Assembly (NCBI GenBank): GCA_037447605.1 | Contig: CM074808.1 | Span: 4,154,001-4,218,000 of the forward strand | Reading direction: 5' to 3' | DNA: 64,000 bases | Source of the DNA: Zygnema circumcarinatum SAG 698-1b | Lineage: Eukaryota; Plantae; Zygnematophyceae | Shown here: in pieces, positions 1-12,488 of the stretch | Numbering within the stretch: the stretch's first letter is position 1 | How the letters are laid out: the number at the start of each line of letters is the position of its first letter | Notes under the pieces: generated by a model | What the model was told of the DNA's origin: nothing | Database searches by the model: none | What the model saw: the letters and a program-made list of their open reading frames with translations, nothing else | Made by a program: the position numbers and the translations under genes

Positions 1-406
1 CGCCAGCGTGGTCGCCGTACCCCCGTGGCATCTCGAACGGATCTTCAACGCCACGCGGCGGCGCACGATTGGAAAACTCAGGCATAGTTCTAGGGAATTT
101 TTTTCAGGGGGTATGTTTTGGGGAACTACGCCTGTACCTCCACGTCGGTCCTAGTCGGCGCCACGACGGCGCCACATCATCCTCCAAAACAACGCCTGTA
201 CCTCCACGTCGGCGAAAAATCGCTGATGGACCCCCACCCTCAGTCACTCCCTCCTGCACTCTTTGACTGCGACACGTGTGACGGCCCATTCCACGCGACA
301 AGCATGCGGAGACAATTCGTTGCATGTTTCAACATAGTGACAGATTCCAGCCGAGCGATTTCAAAATTCCCAATTCGACAAATTTCGAATATTGAATTCG
401 AAAGAG

Positions 407-605
407 CGTAAAATCAATCAGGTTGAACAATTGAGACGAATTTACTTAATTTCTCAACGTTCAAACGTATTCAACAGGGTTGAACATTGAACACTCGGTG
501 TCGGAATTTTTTTCGATTTGAGAAAGCAAAACAAAAAGTTCAAACTCTCAATCTATTCGGTCACACGTATGGATTCCAGGTTTTGCCCCCTAAATTCGGG
601 CAGCC
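407..605 (+). mobile_element. Truncated left end of a Tc1/mariner-like MITE (same family as 23277-23744)
   Basis: CGTAAAATCAATCAGGTTGAACAATTGAG...CTTAATTTCTCAA...GAACATTGAAC..CGGAATTTTTTCGATTTGAGAAA aligns by eye with 23285-23470. Similarity stops near 605 and no right TIR was found. Confidence 0.7.
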
Positions 606-742
606 ACTTTCCAGCCCGTTCGCCCCGCCCCGCCCCGCAGAGGTGGCAGGAGCTGGTCTCTCTCCCTCTCTCCCTCTCTTTCCCTCGCTCTCCTCCGCGT
701 GCCGGCCCGGCCCGGCCCGGGCCCACCCTCCTCGCCGCGCGG

Positions 743-3700
743 CTACAAGCGCGATAGCGCGGCGGCGGCAACGAGCGGCCTCGCCTCGAACAGCGCCAGA
801 CTGTACGCCTGCAGACCGTACGACTGCAGACCGTACGCCTGCAGACCGTACGCCTGCGCGCCGCCGCCCTCCCCCCTGCAAGCAGAGCACCCAGCCAGAG
901 AGCTCTGCTTTGTTGTCCCAAAAGTAAAGTACACACAACCACTTTCACGAAGTCTCCCAGCAGTCTCTCTTGTCTGAAGCCGATCGCATGCACCGCTTAT
1001 GAGGTTCTCAGACTCGTCGAACCCTCACTTCCATTTAGGGTTATAGGGTTTTCACGGTACTGTTTGAAGTCTGGCACTTTAATGGAACGCAGACACCATA
1101 GCTGTCACTTCGCAATTTGACCATGGGAGAAACTCTGACGTAGGAAGCCTCTTTCAAGTCAAACCGTGAGATGGCAGCGCAATTCGGAGCCCTGCAATTA
1201 TTCTATTGCTTTGATTCAATCTGAGAGACCAGAAAAGTGCCGAAACAAAAGAGACCAGAATTCTTACCCGTCACCTGTTTGCGAGTCGTCCAGTTCCGAA
1301 GGGAGGCGGACTTCGGGTCCTTCCAGTTGGAAATCCTCCGGAGGAGATAGATTTGTGTCGACGACTCTATGCCTGCCGCCCATTCACCCCTCCTTAACAA
1401 GACGTGCTCAGAAACTTGGTACGGTCACTCCTCAACGTCCACAGCCAAGCCAAGAATTTAAAAAAAGCACAGCGCACATCTCAATGGATGAAGGCAAGGA
1501 TATCGATATCAGAGTTGGGAACAAACAATCCCCAGTATCACACATCCGCAGCGTGACTTTAACACAATAAACAAACCATAAAGAGAGCGCAAAAATGCAG
1601 ATAGTGGTCGAAACGGAAAACGCGCAAAACAAGTCGACGCACGCTGAGGCGAGCGCACCAAGTCATGGCGGGGGGGGGCGGAGGCAGATGCGCAGTGATC
1701 GCATAATGGTGCGAATTGAGGGCCACATAGAGATCCCCCCAAGGACTCTCCTCTTCTCCACTGCCCATTGTCAACGATTTCACTTCTCGAATAGTCACAG
1801 CCAAAAAGTTGCTGTCCACCAAAAGAAACGATGTCAGCAGTGAAAACGACAGATTGCATTCGAGCCCCTCGCCCCAAGTTGCTTCATGTAATGCCCTTAT
1901 CCGCATTCACTTCACAGCAGCAGTCCGTACCTGTCCGCGCTGTCCCACTGCGGTTGGTCGGGGAGGGGCCCGTGCCAGGTCAGCGCCTCCGCCTCCAGGA
2001 AGGACCGCCGCTGCAGCATGAGCAAATCGCCAGAGTAAATGTTCCTCAGCTCGTTATTGAAATATGAAGGATCCACTCATCATTTATTCTGTCACAAGAT
2101 ACACATGTGCAGCAGATGCACAGGAAAGGAAAGAATGTACACCGTGGCAGACACATGGAAAGCATGACTGCCAAGTGAGGTCGTTGCAAAGTTATAGTTG
2201 GCAACCAGAAGATCGTTCAAGTTTCAGGAGGTAAAATGGGGGGCATTAAGAGGGGAGGAGTGCGCCAATCGAATCTTAGATGTGTACGAAACCGGCAGTC
2301 CAGAAATATCTCATGGGATTGGTGATAACATCGGGGACATACTTTTCGTTATTTTCCGATAGTTGGCAGAAAGGCGAGGGGACAACTAATGTTCTGTATC
2401 TAGTTACATGCCTTGAAGTCAAGTAATGTACAATTCACTCCAAGGTTGTTAAAGAAATGCTAGAAGCGCCATGTAGGACACGCGTCTGAAGGAATCAGAC
2501 CAAAGCTGACAATACCTGGAAGAGAGTTCTCCGGCGATTGCGGAACATGACAAGCGAGGAGATGAAGCGGCACAGCTGCTGCGAGACCTCCGTCTCCAGA
2601 GCAGCCCACTGGAAGGGCCTGCGACCCGCCCCAACGCACAGCTCAATCTGCTCGCCCTCAGCGTGCTTTTGACAAACAACTCGACTTGGAACCATTCTGA
2701 AGAAGAAGGTCTCTGGGAAGGGCTTTTAGGATGCTTGCAAACCCTTACGAAGTCTCGAGCTCGGTGCTGCCCCCCTTGGAGTGGCCGTACTCGTCGCCCA
2801 TAGTGAGCGCGGGCACTCCTTGGAACAGCAGCAACTGCGCCAAGAAGTTGCGGACCTGCACAGGGCCACGGCGACCGCTCTCACCTCAGTCATGCGCTCT
2901 CGCTGGGAGCCGTTGGACTCTCCAGATTCTTGCTCTTCATTGACGTTTGTACTATAGGTTTGAAATTAATGATTAACAAGCCCATTATGGCAAGTAGCGC
3001 CAATTTGTCAGTTTTTCTAATGGCTCCTGTAATTTCGCTCGCCAGTTCCCTTTGGTCACCCTAGCTTTTGCGGCGAAAGGTACTCTTTTTCACCACCAGT
3101 TCAGAGTCTGATGATCAGATTCCCGTCAACAACAAGCACTTGACACTATTATTATAGGACAAGTGAACACAAGAAGACCTGACCTCCCTTCTGAACAATC
3201 GGAGGGTAGCTATACCTGCCGCATCCTGCAGTCCGTTACCAGCACATCCTCAGATGGCCCCTCTTCTCCACAGTTCCAGCTGCGCGCCAAACAGCCCTCC
3301 TCCCTTCGACTGATTACTTCATCACTACATCACACCCACTCTTGCCTTGGCTTCACATCGTGTAGGGAACGCTGGATGAGTGAATGACACAACAAGAATC
3401 TAACGTAGCTCCTTGTGAAATGCACAAATTCTTGAATGTGCTACTCGGAAGTAGAGGTGCATGGCCATGCCTGAGTTGGCCGTCATTGCTGAGCGAAGAA
3501 GCGGCCCCCGTCCCGTGCGCATGGAGGCCCCACCCGCAGCGCGTCAGTAGCGGCCCCGTTCAGAGGCGGGCAGAGCCATTGCAGCGGCGCCTCCTGTTCA
3601 GCCGAAACCACAACTTTCTTCGCGCATGCCAGCTGCTAGGTGCAATTGGACTTTTACTTTCAAGTGAAGGCTCATTCCTCGATGCAAGAAATCATAAAGG

Positions 3701-4275
3701 TATACGAGTCAAAGCGAACCAAACGACAAGGGATTCTGTACCAGCAGATTTGACATGGATGTTGCAAAGGAGGCATACAATGAATCACATTTTCTGAGTA
3801 ACAAGTCGTTTTCGAAGATCAGAAAGAACTTAACCGAACTCGGTGCAGTAAGTACACACGTTACATGATGCGGTATATCACTACCAGTTAAAATGTTTCT
3901 TTCACCAAGTCAGATTCGATTTTGGCATGAATCTAAAATCCATCTTTCCATTATGAAGACTCCACACAGGTTTTCATACCCCTTGCATAAGGATACCGAA
4001 GAGGAAAGATTCCAAGGAGGCAGCCAAAAGCGTCACCAGCCTTGCTCACCTGTAACTGACGAGGTCTGCAAGGGTGAAGCCGTAGGGGGCGCTGATGAAG
4101 TTGAGCCCAAAGCAAGGCGCACGGCCGGAGGCGAAAAGGTCGCCGCTGTTGACTCAAGCCCAGCCCGGCCGGGCCCGGCAGCGTCAGTCAGTCAGTCAGT
4201 CAGTCAGGCGCGGGCGGGGCGGGGCCGCGTGCGGAGGAGGAGGAGGAGGAGAAGGAGGAGGAAGAGGAGGAGGAG

Positions 4276-4325
<50 letters not shown>

Positions 4326-4413
4326 GGAGGAAGTGGAGGAGGAGGAGGAGGAAAAGGAGGAGGAGGAGGAGGAAAAGGAGGAGGAGGAGGAGGAGGAGGA
4401 GGAAGAGGAGGAG

Positions 4414-4448
<35 letters not shown>

Positions 4449-7400
4449 GTGCACCTCCCGCAGAGGCGCGTGGCGATGCGGCTGAGCTGCCCGGGCTCCC
4501 CTCGCACGAAGCGCCGCACGTCCCTCGAAAAGAGGTCGTTCATCTCCTGCCAGCGGCCCCAGTGCGGGAACGGCGTCGCCTGCAGCAGCCAAAAACGCCG
4601 CCAATGCCCCGCAAGGTGTCTGTCTGCCAATCACTGCCTGCCAACTGGCTGCACTACCGGAGGACCCCGCTCAGCAAATTTGCTTCGCAAAACAACAAAC
4701 ACAACTTGGGCACACCAGAAGGCACAGACACACAGGTCGAAGGAATGACATCTACTAACGTAGGCGCACTACTCTGCAGGAAAGTCAGCCCGTGAGCGGG
4801 GCAGGCGGAGAGCGCACCGGGAAGGCCCTCTCCCCGGTGAGCGGCGAGGCGGAGTCTGCGATGAGTTTGAGCCCCGCGAGGACGGGGTCGAATGCGAGCG
4901 CCTCCGCCAGCAGCGGGCGGCTGAGCGCCTGCCCGTGCGGGCCCGTCACCAGGGCGCCCGCGCCCGCGAAGCAGAACCCGTCCACGTGGTACTGCTGCGT
5001 CCACTGCCGCAGACTGTCCACCACCTGCCGCAGTCCGCCATGGCCCCACTCACAAGAAAGGAAGTTAACAGCGGGACGATGGTAGTGCATCGCAGCATGC
5101 AGCGGGCGTGGAGGAAGGTGATGCTCACCATCTGCTGCACCACAGGATGATTGCAGTTGAACGAATTGCCAGCACCAGAACTCGGAGCAATCTGCCTGTG
5201 CGTACAACAACATGGTGCGGTACGTGAGGGAAAACCAACGTAGATACCGCCTACGAAGAGAGCTAGGCATTAAGAAATGCAACCCATGCTTTCTTATTCT
5301 TCTCAGCATTTAGTGCCACTATCCATTACTGGCATACATACTTGACAGAAAACAAATAAAAAGCCTCTCCACACCGACTTGAGCTTCTCGACTAAACGTC
5401 GCACATGCACTGAGTGAGTTGCCTGTGACAGCGTCGACGTGACACTCACTGGCCGAACTCGTCAGTGACGTAGTACGTGGCATTGTCAATGCCCCGAAAG
5501 GAGATGGCTTTAGGGTCGCTGTCGCTCTGCTCCGCAGTGTGGCTGTACACGACTTCCAGAATCACCTGCCCAGGGCGAAGCCCCAAAAGAAGCAGACAGC
5601 GGAAGTGGAATTCAAACACAGGAATTCAACAGCCATCATCCCGTACAAACCTTGTCGTCACCTGTTGCGTGGGTTTCATAGCTTGAGAATAAAAAATGAG
5701 ATGCGTGAGAAAATTGAGCGCATTGACGTCAGCAAACAAAAGGAAAGAAAGGTTAGAGGAAAAGGACAAGGTCACCCCATGTTACCCTCCGGACAAATAT
5801 CGGAAGGGATAAGGCTAGGGGAACAAGAGACTGCGAAAGCAGACTTCGAATTCCTGCTAAAATCGACTCTGACGGCTCAGCATATCAATATATTAGCCAT
5901 GAGGTCAACTTCATGAGCTGAACATGGCTCTATGGAAACGCGGGCCGACAGATCACCTCAATGCCCCGCTTGTGAAGCTCCTTCACCATGAGCTTCAGAG
6001 CCGAGCTCGCAGAGAGGCCGTCCCCCCCCGGGCCGTACGACGGCATTGGTGCGAAGAAGCTGCGCGCACCCACGACCGGAACATCTTCGCGTGAGCCGAC
6101 AGCACCCTCTGCTTGCTGACGGACCCGCGCATCCCGTGCATTCTGCTGCTACGAGTACAACCCATTGCACGCGAGTCCGTACCTGATGGGGAAGTAGCAG
6201 CCTTGAGTTTCGTCGAAGGCCGCAATCGGCTGTAGAATGATTGTGTTCACACCTGCAGCAGGCAGCACTCACATTACTTCTCCAGCTTCTAAATCTGGGG
6301 AATTCCAGCGAGGAGCAGCGGCATAAAAGTGGTGATACGAGTCGAGGGAGGCAACGGAGGAATGAATACCGAGAGAGAGCAGGTGGTCCGCCTTCTCCAG
6401 CACGCCGAGGAAGGTCCCCCGGAACACCTCCGCGACGCCGCTGCCCTCGTCCGCCGTGAAGCGCGCGACGTCAAGGCGGTAGGCCACCGCTGCCTCCATC
6501 GGAATGCTGCCAGCCGGGAAATCACCGTTTCTCTTACCCGTCTTCACGAATATGACAAAAGCAACATGCACGGAAAAAAAATCGTGCAGCTAATAAGCAA
6601 AAGAAATTGACTGCCATGTCGTAAAGCCTGAACATAGAACATGGAAACAAGCTCCTGCGCCTGAAATGATCCAAGTAGGGCTTGTGCAATAGCGACGACG
6701 ATTGAACTCCTACTGTTCTCTGACCTGTCCCTCCATCTAATGGGCAAAGAAAAAGTACAACAGCTTTTCGAGGAGCTGCTTCGCCTTTCTCAGAATCAGT
6801 GCATCCCTGATTTCCTCATAAAGAGCAACATCCACAGTCTGTTTAAATTGCCTTTATTTGCTAGTCAATACTAGCTTCGATCTATACTTTGCTTGGCCTC
6901 AACAGATAACTCTTGGTCACAGTGGACATGAGTAGCCTGCTGATCAACCTTTATGGTCTGAGGTGAGTTGCTACAAGTTAGGCAAGTGAAGGCGTAGCTC
7001 CTCCGGTGACGGGACAAGGGCCAAAGGGCTGCTCACCTGGGGGGGCAGTCGTCCTCCCAATCGAAGGGCAGGTCCTCGCGTTGCAAAAGCCCCAGGGCGG
7101 CTGCCGGGGAGGGCCAGTCCTCTGCCAGCAGTCACGTGACGGCTGGTGAGAGCATGGCAAAGAAAAGCAGAGCAGAGCAGAGCAGAGCAGAGCATGTGGC
7201 GGAGGTTGGCCATCGCGGCCCCACCTTGGCCCTGCACGGGCGGCGCGATGTGTGCGGCGTAGGGGTCCAACAGCACGTGCCGCGCGTGGAAGCGCGCGCC
7301 GCCCTCCCACGTCACGGCGCCCTGCCGCCCGCACAGAGAGGGAGGGGGCGTCAGCCGCTCGCCTCGCAATGGTACAACACACGACTCCCCAACAGCCATA

Positions 7401-10400
7401 CAGACGTTGCTCTCAAACCGGAGGGCGGATGATAGAGATGAAGATCTCTATCATTCGGATGGAGTCTGGGATGCAAACTCCCAACATTCGCATAGATACG
7501 ACCACGCTTTTCAAGACAAACAACATAGGTTGCCCCGAATCTGCTGATGGCCGTACTCATAGAGGAATATATAGCCACCAAGAAGGTAGTGATCTTTTTT
7601 CACTATAGTGGCTAAATTAACAATGGAAAAGCGTCATTTAGATTTTTTAAGACTGGAGTGACTTTAAGAGACACAGAAATGGATCACAATTAACTTGTTA
7701 TAATTTTACAGAATCAACGATTGAGCAGTTCAAGAATCTTGTGCTCAATGAGACATAATGCCATGGCGACAATGTTCACAAGCTTGGCCATCCAAAGTCC
7801 TCCAAAAAAGTCCACCACATGTGAAAAATTCACATGCCTAACTTCAGAAAAGGACTAACGCAAGGCGGGATATACTGAGTTAGTAAATGCCAAGGGCTAT
7901 GAAAGCAGTAGTTGCGCCTGAAAGGAGCGAAAGACAGCATGTCGCCTACCTTGCAACGATAGCCATAGCGGGTGAACCCCCTCACGGAATCTAAACAAAC
8001 ATGCCAGGTATCCCCGGTACGGTGGAAGGAGGGCTCCAGGTCGATTTCTATCTGGACACGCATTTGAACTAATCATTGTTAATTCACCTGCCGCATAGGC
8101 CATCCAACAATATCCACGTACTGTCCCGGCACATCATGACAATCGTCCATGTGAATTTCTCGACTACTTATTCGTCTTTCAGAAGGAATGCTTGTGAACG
8201 ATAAGGTACAAACCCAATATGCGCACTGCCATTAAGCCACAACACTTACCTGTCCTTTGAAAACATGGTGATCACAACGCATGTGATGGAAGCTGCAGTC
8301 CTGGACTGTGCCCAGCATCTGCAGGGAATGCATCGATCAGGGTACCCACCGAAGGGTCCGGTTCCTCCCCTTGGTAAAGGCACAACACAACGCCCTCCGC
8401 GGCCCGAGAATAGAGCGCGAAGTTGACCGTCCCATCTCTCCCCCACGTCACCCCCAGAGGCTCCGGCCGACCCTTCTGCATTCCGATCGGAATACAAAAA
8501 TTGGAGTCCTTCACGCTCCTGCATCCGAACGGAGTTCAAAGGAAGCGCTTAGCCATAGGAGCCTCGTAGCCTCAAGCTTATCTTCCAAGAGGACCTAATC
8601 GATGCCGCACCAGCATTCCACGTGTTGTTACTCTCACGAACAGTTCTCAACATACCATGCTAACAATCATAACCGAGCAATCCAGCGAGCAGAGAAAGAG
8701 ATCAGGTTCACTTGGACATGGAAAGTCCAACTTGACGTCAAAAAAACTCCCCACAGCACATTGTCCACATAGTACACATTTCTGAATATGTGCTTATGCG
8801 CCTGTCAGCAACAACCTATCCCCTCTCCATTTGGATACATAGTTTATTCCCCAGGCAGCCTCCAACTGCGCACTGGAGGTCCCTGACAGTGCTGGATACT
8901 CCTGGGACTGAACGACACGCTGGTGTGTACACAAACAAAGTCCAAAGTCGGATCAACAATTTTCCTGGAAGGAGAGACTTGTCGCTTACCGCAGCCACCT
9001 GCCCTCCTCGGCGTCACTACCGCTCGGCTGGTAGAGGACGAAGCTGATGGCGAAGGGAGCCTGCGCGGCGCTGAACTCGAGGTCGAGGAGCAACCGCCCG
9101 TTGAGGCCGCGGCGCCACGGCGTCTGCATCGCCTCGACTCTGTCCAAACCACGCGGGACCGAGCTGCGTGCGGTCACTCACTATGTGATTCGCACAAGAA
9201 ACGTTCACCACAATCCATGCATAACTGACGGAAAGTATCAACATTTAACGAACCGGAAGAAGCAAACAGCAGCAAATCGCAAGACTACGAGATAAGTTGG
9301 GACGACCTTCGTGCACGCGAGTTCCACAAATAAATCCTGTCAATTTGCATCTCAGGTTTGTGGACAACAAAGCTTACTCGTCTGTAAGATACTTTGTTCC
9401 TAGAGGGGCATCACTGGGATCAACCATCACCCATGATGAATGATCTGAACGAAACAGTCCCTGCAATCCTCAACATGAACGTCTCCGATGGTTACTGAAG
9501 CACTTACGACATTGTCTACAGCATCCATCACTAGACTTGTCACACGATTCACGAAAATCATGCTTCATTCGGCAGACCGTGCTCCAAATGGCCCCACGAC
9601 GAATGCACGGCAAGCTCAGAAACCCAAACACAAGTGCCATATAGAAATCCATGTGTACTCGCCAGAAACTGCTCCTCCATGGACTGAGAAGAGACCTAAT
9701 GAACAGATATAGAAGAGAGATAATGATCGTACGGTCCAAGTAAACAGAGCTGCAAACCAACTCCAGCCTTTAACATCCGGTCACATTAGCCTGGACTGCG
9801 TTTGACATATAAGCAGAAAATAATTTACCTTCAACAAGTTGCAAACTCTTCAACTTAATTTCCGAAAGGAAACGCATAGACTCTACCAATTGTTCACAAC
9901 TGCTTCTCCAAAATTTTAGCCTTTAGCTACCACCGTAATATAAAAGGCACTCAGGACAACTCAACGCCCTTGTAAGAGGTGTCAAAAGTCTAGCCTAAAA
10001 TTTGTACACTACCCAGTGCGTCATCAATCTCTCTCTGCTGTCTGGTGTCTGGTGTCTGTCTGTATCTCTCTACATGCTGGTGCAGAGGAACTCTCGAGAC
10101 TACTTTCCTTAGTTTCTTAATGGATAAAGCAACGATAGTGGAATGCAATTGGAGCATAAGCCGTCATCCAAGCTCCCACCTCCCTGAAGTTTCAGTTGGT
10201 ATCCAGTTAATCTCTCTAATCATTAAAGCACAACTTAGGCAACTCAGCAACAGCAAAAATTATCTGGGAGCAATTTGTATCACGCCAATAGAAACTGCTG
10301 ACTTAAAACCAACGGAGCAAAACATGGACAAGGCTGCTCACAAGCCACATAATACATAAAAACAATTTCGGGCGTATAATAGTCATGAAAACTATGCTCA

Positions 10401-11918
10401 AAATGGAAATCCGCCAGATACGCCGACACTATGGACAGCTCACCCAATGGAGGAGCGTTGGTTTATCCTTTGAATGCTGCACTGATTCTATGTTGGCTTC
10501 CAAGTGAACCTTGAATTTTCCTCCCTCCTCCGTTACCCAAGCCCAAATCTGTATGTACCGAACCTCGCCCGCACAATAAATCAGTTTCAGACAGTTGACG
10601 GATAAACTTCAAACAGGGGGAACATCAATTTGAGCAAATCGTAAAAAGGGGATAATTGATATGCTTTAATGTCAGGGAGTAACTAAAGATAGACTCCGTG
10701 TAGAGACACAACAATCAAATTTTACTTGAAAACTTACTAGCGTGTTTAGGAATTAAACCAGTTTGCAGATGATGCTAAAGTCGAATATTAATAAAGTTCA
10801 GCTTCATTGCACAGTTTGAATGACCTTGAGTAAATTTCAAAAAGATGTAAAGCTGTCCTTTATTCATTTCCTGCATCTGGAATGGGGTTCATCAATGAGC
10901 CTCCATGATTGTGGAGCTCTCCACCGACGACAAATTTTTTATCGTTCGCAGTAGCTAAAATTCAATATAGCGATAAAAAAATAAGACAGTACAGGACCAA
11001 AGGACTTCCTGGACTCGGATTCTTGAGCGAACAAGCCAGCAATAGCATCTGTACTTGAACGTACGCACAACGTCTGATTTATTAACTCATATATAAATGT
11101 TATCATACTCGTGTCAGCTTTATTAATTCATATATATACTTATATAAATAGGAATCTATTATTTATACACCTTTTGGCTAGATACACACCTTTTTGGTTT
11201 AAAAAACCTAAAATATTGCCGGCGAAAAAATATGTGTATCTAGCCAAAAAAGGTGTGTAAATAGCTTCCCAGTAAATACATTTTATATATCTCTTATCAT
11301 ACTCGTGTCTATCAATACATTACGACAGCTCGAGTAGCTCCAAATGTAGCCTTTAATTCTGAGCCAGATTCTGTTGAGCTCAAGGATCAAATAAGAACTC
11401 GCCTGTCCTCCATCGTTGACATAATAAATGAATTTCTGGTCTCTCCTATTGCTGCTTTCTCGAAAGGGAATTGGAAGCGCAATCTCTCCACCAGCGGAGC
11501 CATTCTCTCCGCCAAATTTGCCGTCGCCAGCCACTCGAAGTGCACTGAAGAACGAGACCGCAGCCTTGGCAGGCGGACGGGCGCTCTTGCCGCTTTCACC
11601 CGAGGTCGCCCTACCCTCTTCGGCGTAGCTGTTGTTCCCAAGCATCGCACGGAGGCTTTTTGGCCTAAGGCCCCGCATGGCGATGTCTGGAGGAAAGCAA
11701 AGAGAGGCAAAACTGATTCTGCTGGCAATTGCCAGCTGGTGGGATCGGTGCTCCAGTTTGTATCTTGAGCAAGGGCACAAATGATTATAGGAGGTTGCCT
11801 GTGCCCCCCCAATGCAAGGTTTGGAAAGCGACATTAGGAGCATTGGAGGAGGGGTGGTGTATGAACTGTTTTGTGGGATCGCTAAAACGAGGGAAAGTAA
11901 GGCACTCGTTCTGTGCAT
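743..11918 (-). CDS. ISA2: Isoamylase 2 (GH13 starch-debranching enzyme, non-catalytic subunit), about 20 exons; start codon uncertain (5' end somewhere in 11.6-12.0 kb)
   Basis: Exon peptides appear in ISA2 order: KFIYYVNDGGQ|IWAWVTEEGGKFKVHL..LLHW (11403, 10444-10548), LDLEFSAAQAPFAISF (~9050), PLGVTWGRDGTVNFALYS (~8420), HRTGDTWHV..RYGYRC (~8000), HVLLDPYA (~7260), PFDWEDD (~7060), KLMVKELHKRGIE (~5970), VVYSHTAE (~5540), NCNHPVVQQM (~5140), DSLRQWTQQYHVDGFCF (~4990), PHWGRWQEMND..ATRLCG (~4500), SWNCGEEGP (~3270), GVPALTMGDEYGHSKGG (~2800), GDLYVALN (~1730), WHRVVDT (~1350), YSLALFEA then stop at 743. GFCFAGA replaces the catalytic GFRFD, which is typical of ISA2. Confidence 0.9.
4214..4448. 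repeat. Imperfect (GGA)n/(GGAAGA) polypurine microsatellite in an ISA2 intron
   Basis: About 235 bp of GGA units, preceded by (CAGT)n at ~4183-4205. It generates the spurious poly-R/G/P/S ORFs in the track. Confidence 0.95.
11158..11270. repeat. Short inverted-repeat (hairpin) element, family R3, in an ISA2 intron
   Basis: TATTTATACACCTTTTGGCTAGATACAC is inverted relative to GTGTATCTAGCCAAAAAAGGTGTGTAAATA. The same motif recurs at ~34910 and ~35070. Confidence 0.7.
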
Positions 11919-12295
11919 GTTCAAAAAGCAGAAGAGAGAGGCGCAGAGCGCTCGCCTGCGGCAGTGCGGCCATCCTGTCGACTGCAGTCAGTCTCGCAGC
12001 CGCCCGCCTCCCTCCGCCCGCGCAGCGTGACGGCGTGTGGCAGCGAAGGCAGCTCTGCCCCTTGCGCCTGCGCGGGGCAGGCGGGCGGACGTGTGCGCGA
12101 GTCGGAGCCCGAGGAGAGGAGAAAGGAGAGAGAAGAGAGGGAAGGGGAGAGAAGAGAGGAGCCGAGAGCCGTGCACGGGCCGGCGGGCGCTGTGCGTTCC
12201 GACAGACACAGGCCTTTCACTCGGTGAGAGAGGGAGACGGGGAGGGCGGTCTCGCCTTCCGCCGCTCGTTATTGCATTGAATCGTTCTGATATTA

Positions 12296-12488
12296 GGGGG
12301 AGTCAGACCTTAACCATCGCCAAATCAATTTCGTAAGCCTGTCAGGTGAATTAAGCATTGGCTAGGTACGCATTTCGGTACGGCTGGGCCCGGCGGAGCC
12401 GCGGATCCCGACCCGGAATTCGTACACGTGACTTTTCGTATATGGAATTCGGCAATTTCGTAAGCGATGGTCAAGGTCTGACTCCCCC
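12296..12488. mobile_element. 193-bp non-autonomous DNA element, GGGGG-TIR family, flanked by TA
   Basis: ta|GGGGGAGTCAGACCTTAACCATCGC ... GCGATGGTCAAGGTCTGACTCCCCC|ta. The same TIR occurs at 53560, 54785 and 58203/58227. Confidence 0.85.

Noticed and set aside
1-406. ORF 118-411 with CDTCDGPFH and a 21-bp direct repeat (~128 and ~192)
   Set aside because: Only a fragment of a PHD-like motif with no further ligands. Nothing supportable.
797-858. Regular 15-bp repeats as a CRISPR-like array
   Set aside because: No spacers, eukaryotic context, and the repeats lie within the ISA2 coding exon.
1033-1050. TTTAGGGTTATAGGGTTT telomere-like sequence
   Set aside because: Only two degenerate units, too short to call an interstitial telomere.
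3893-4795. Long Arg-, Gly-, Pro- and Ser-rich ORFs
   Set aside because: Artefacts of the (GGA)n microsatellite in an ISA2 intron.
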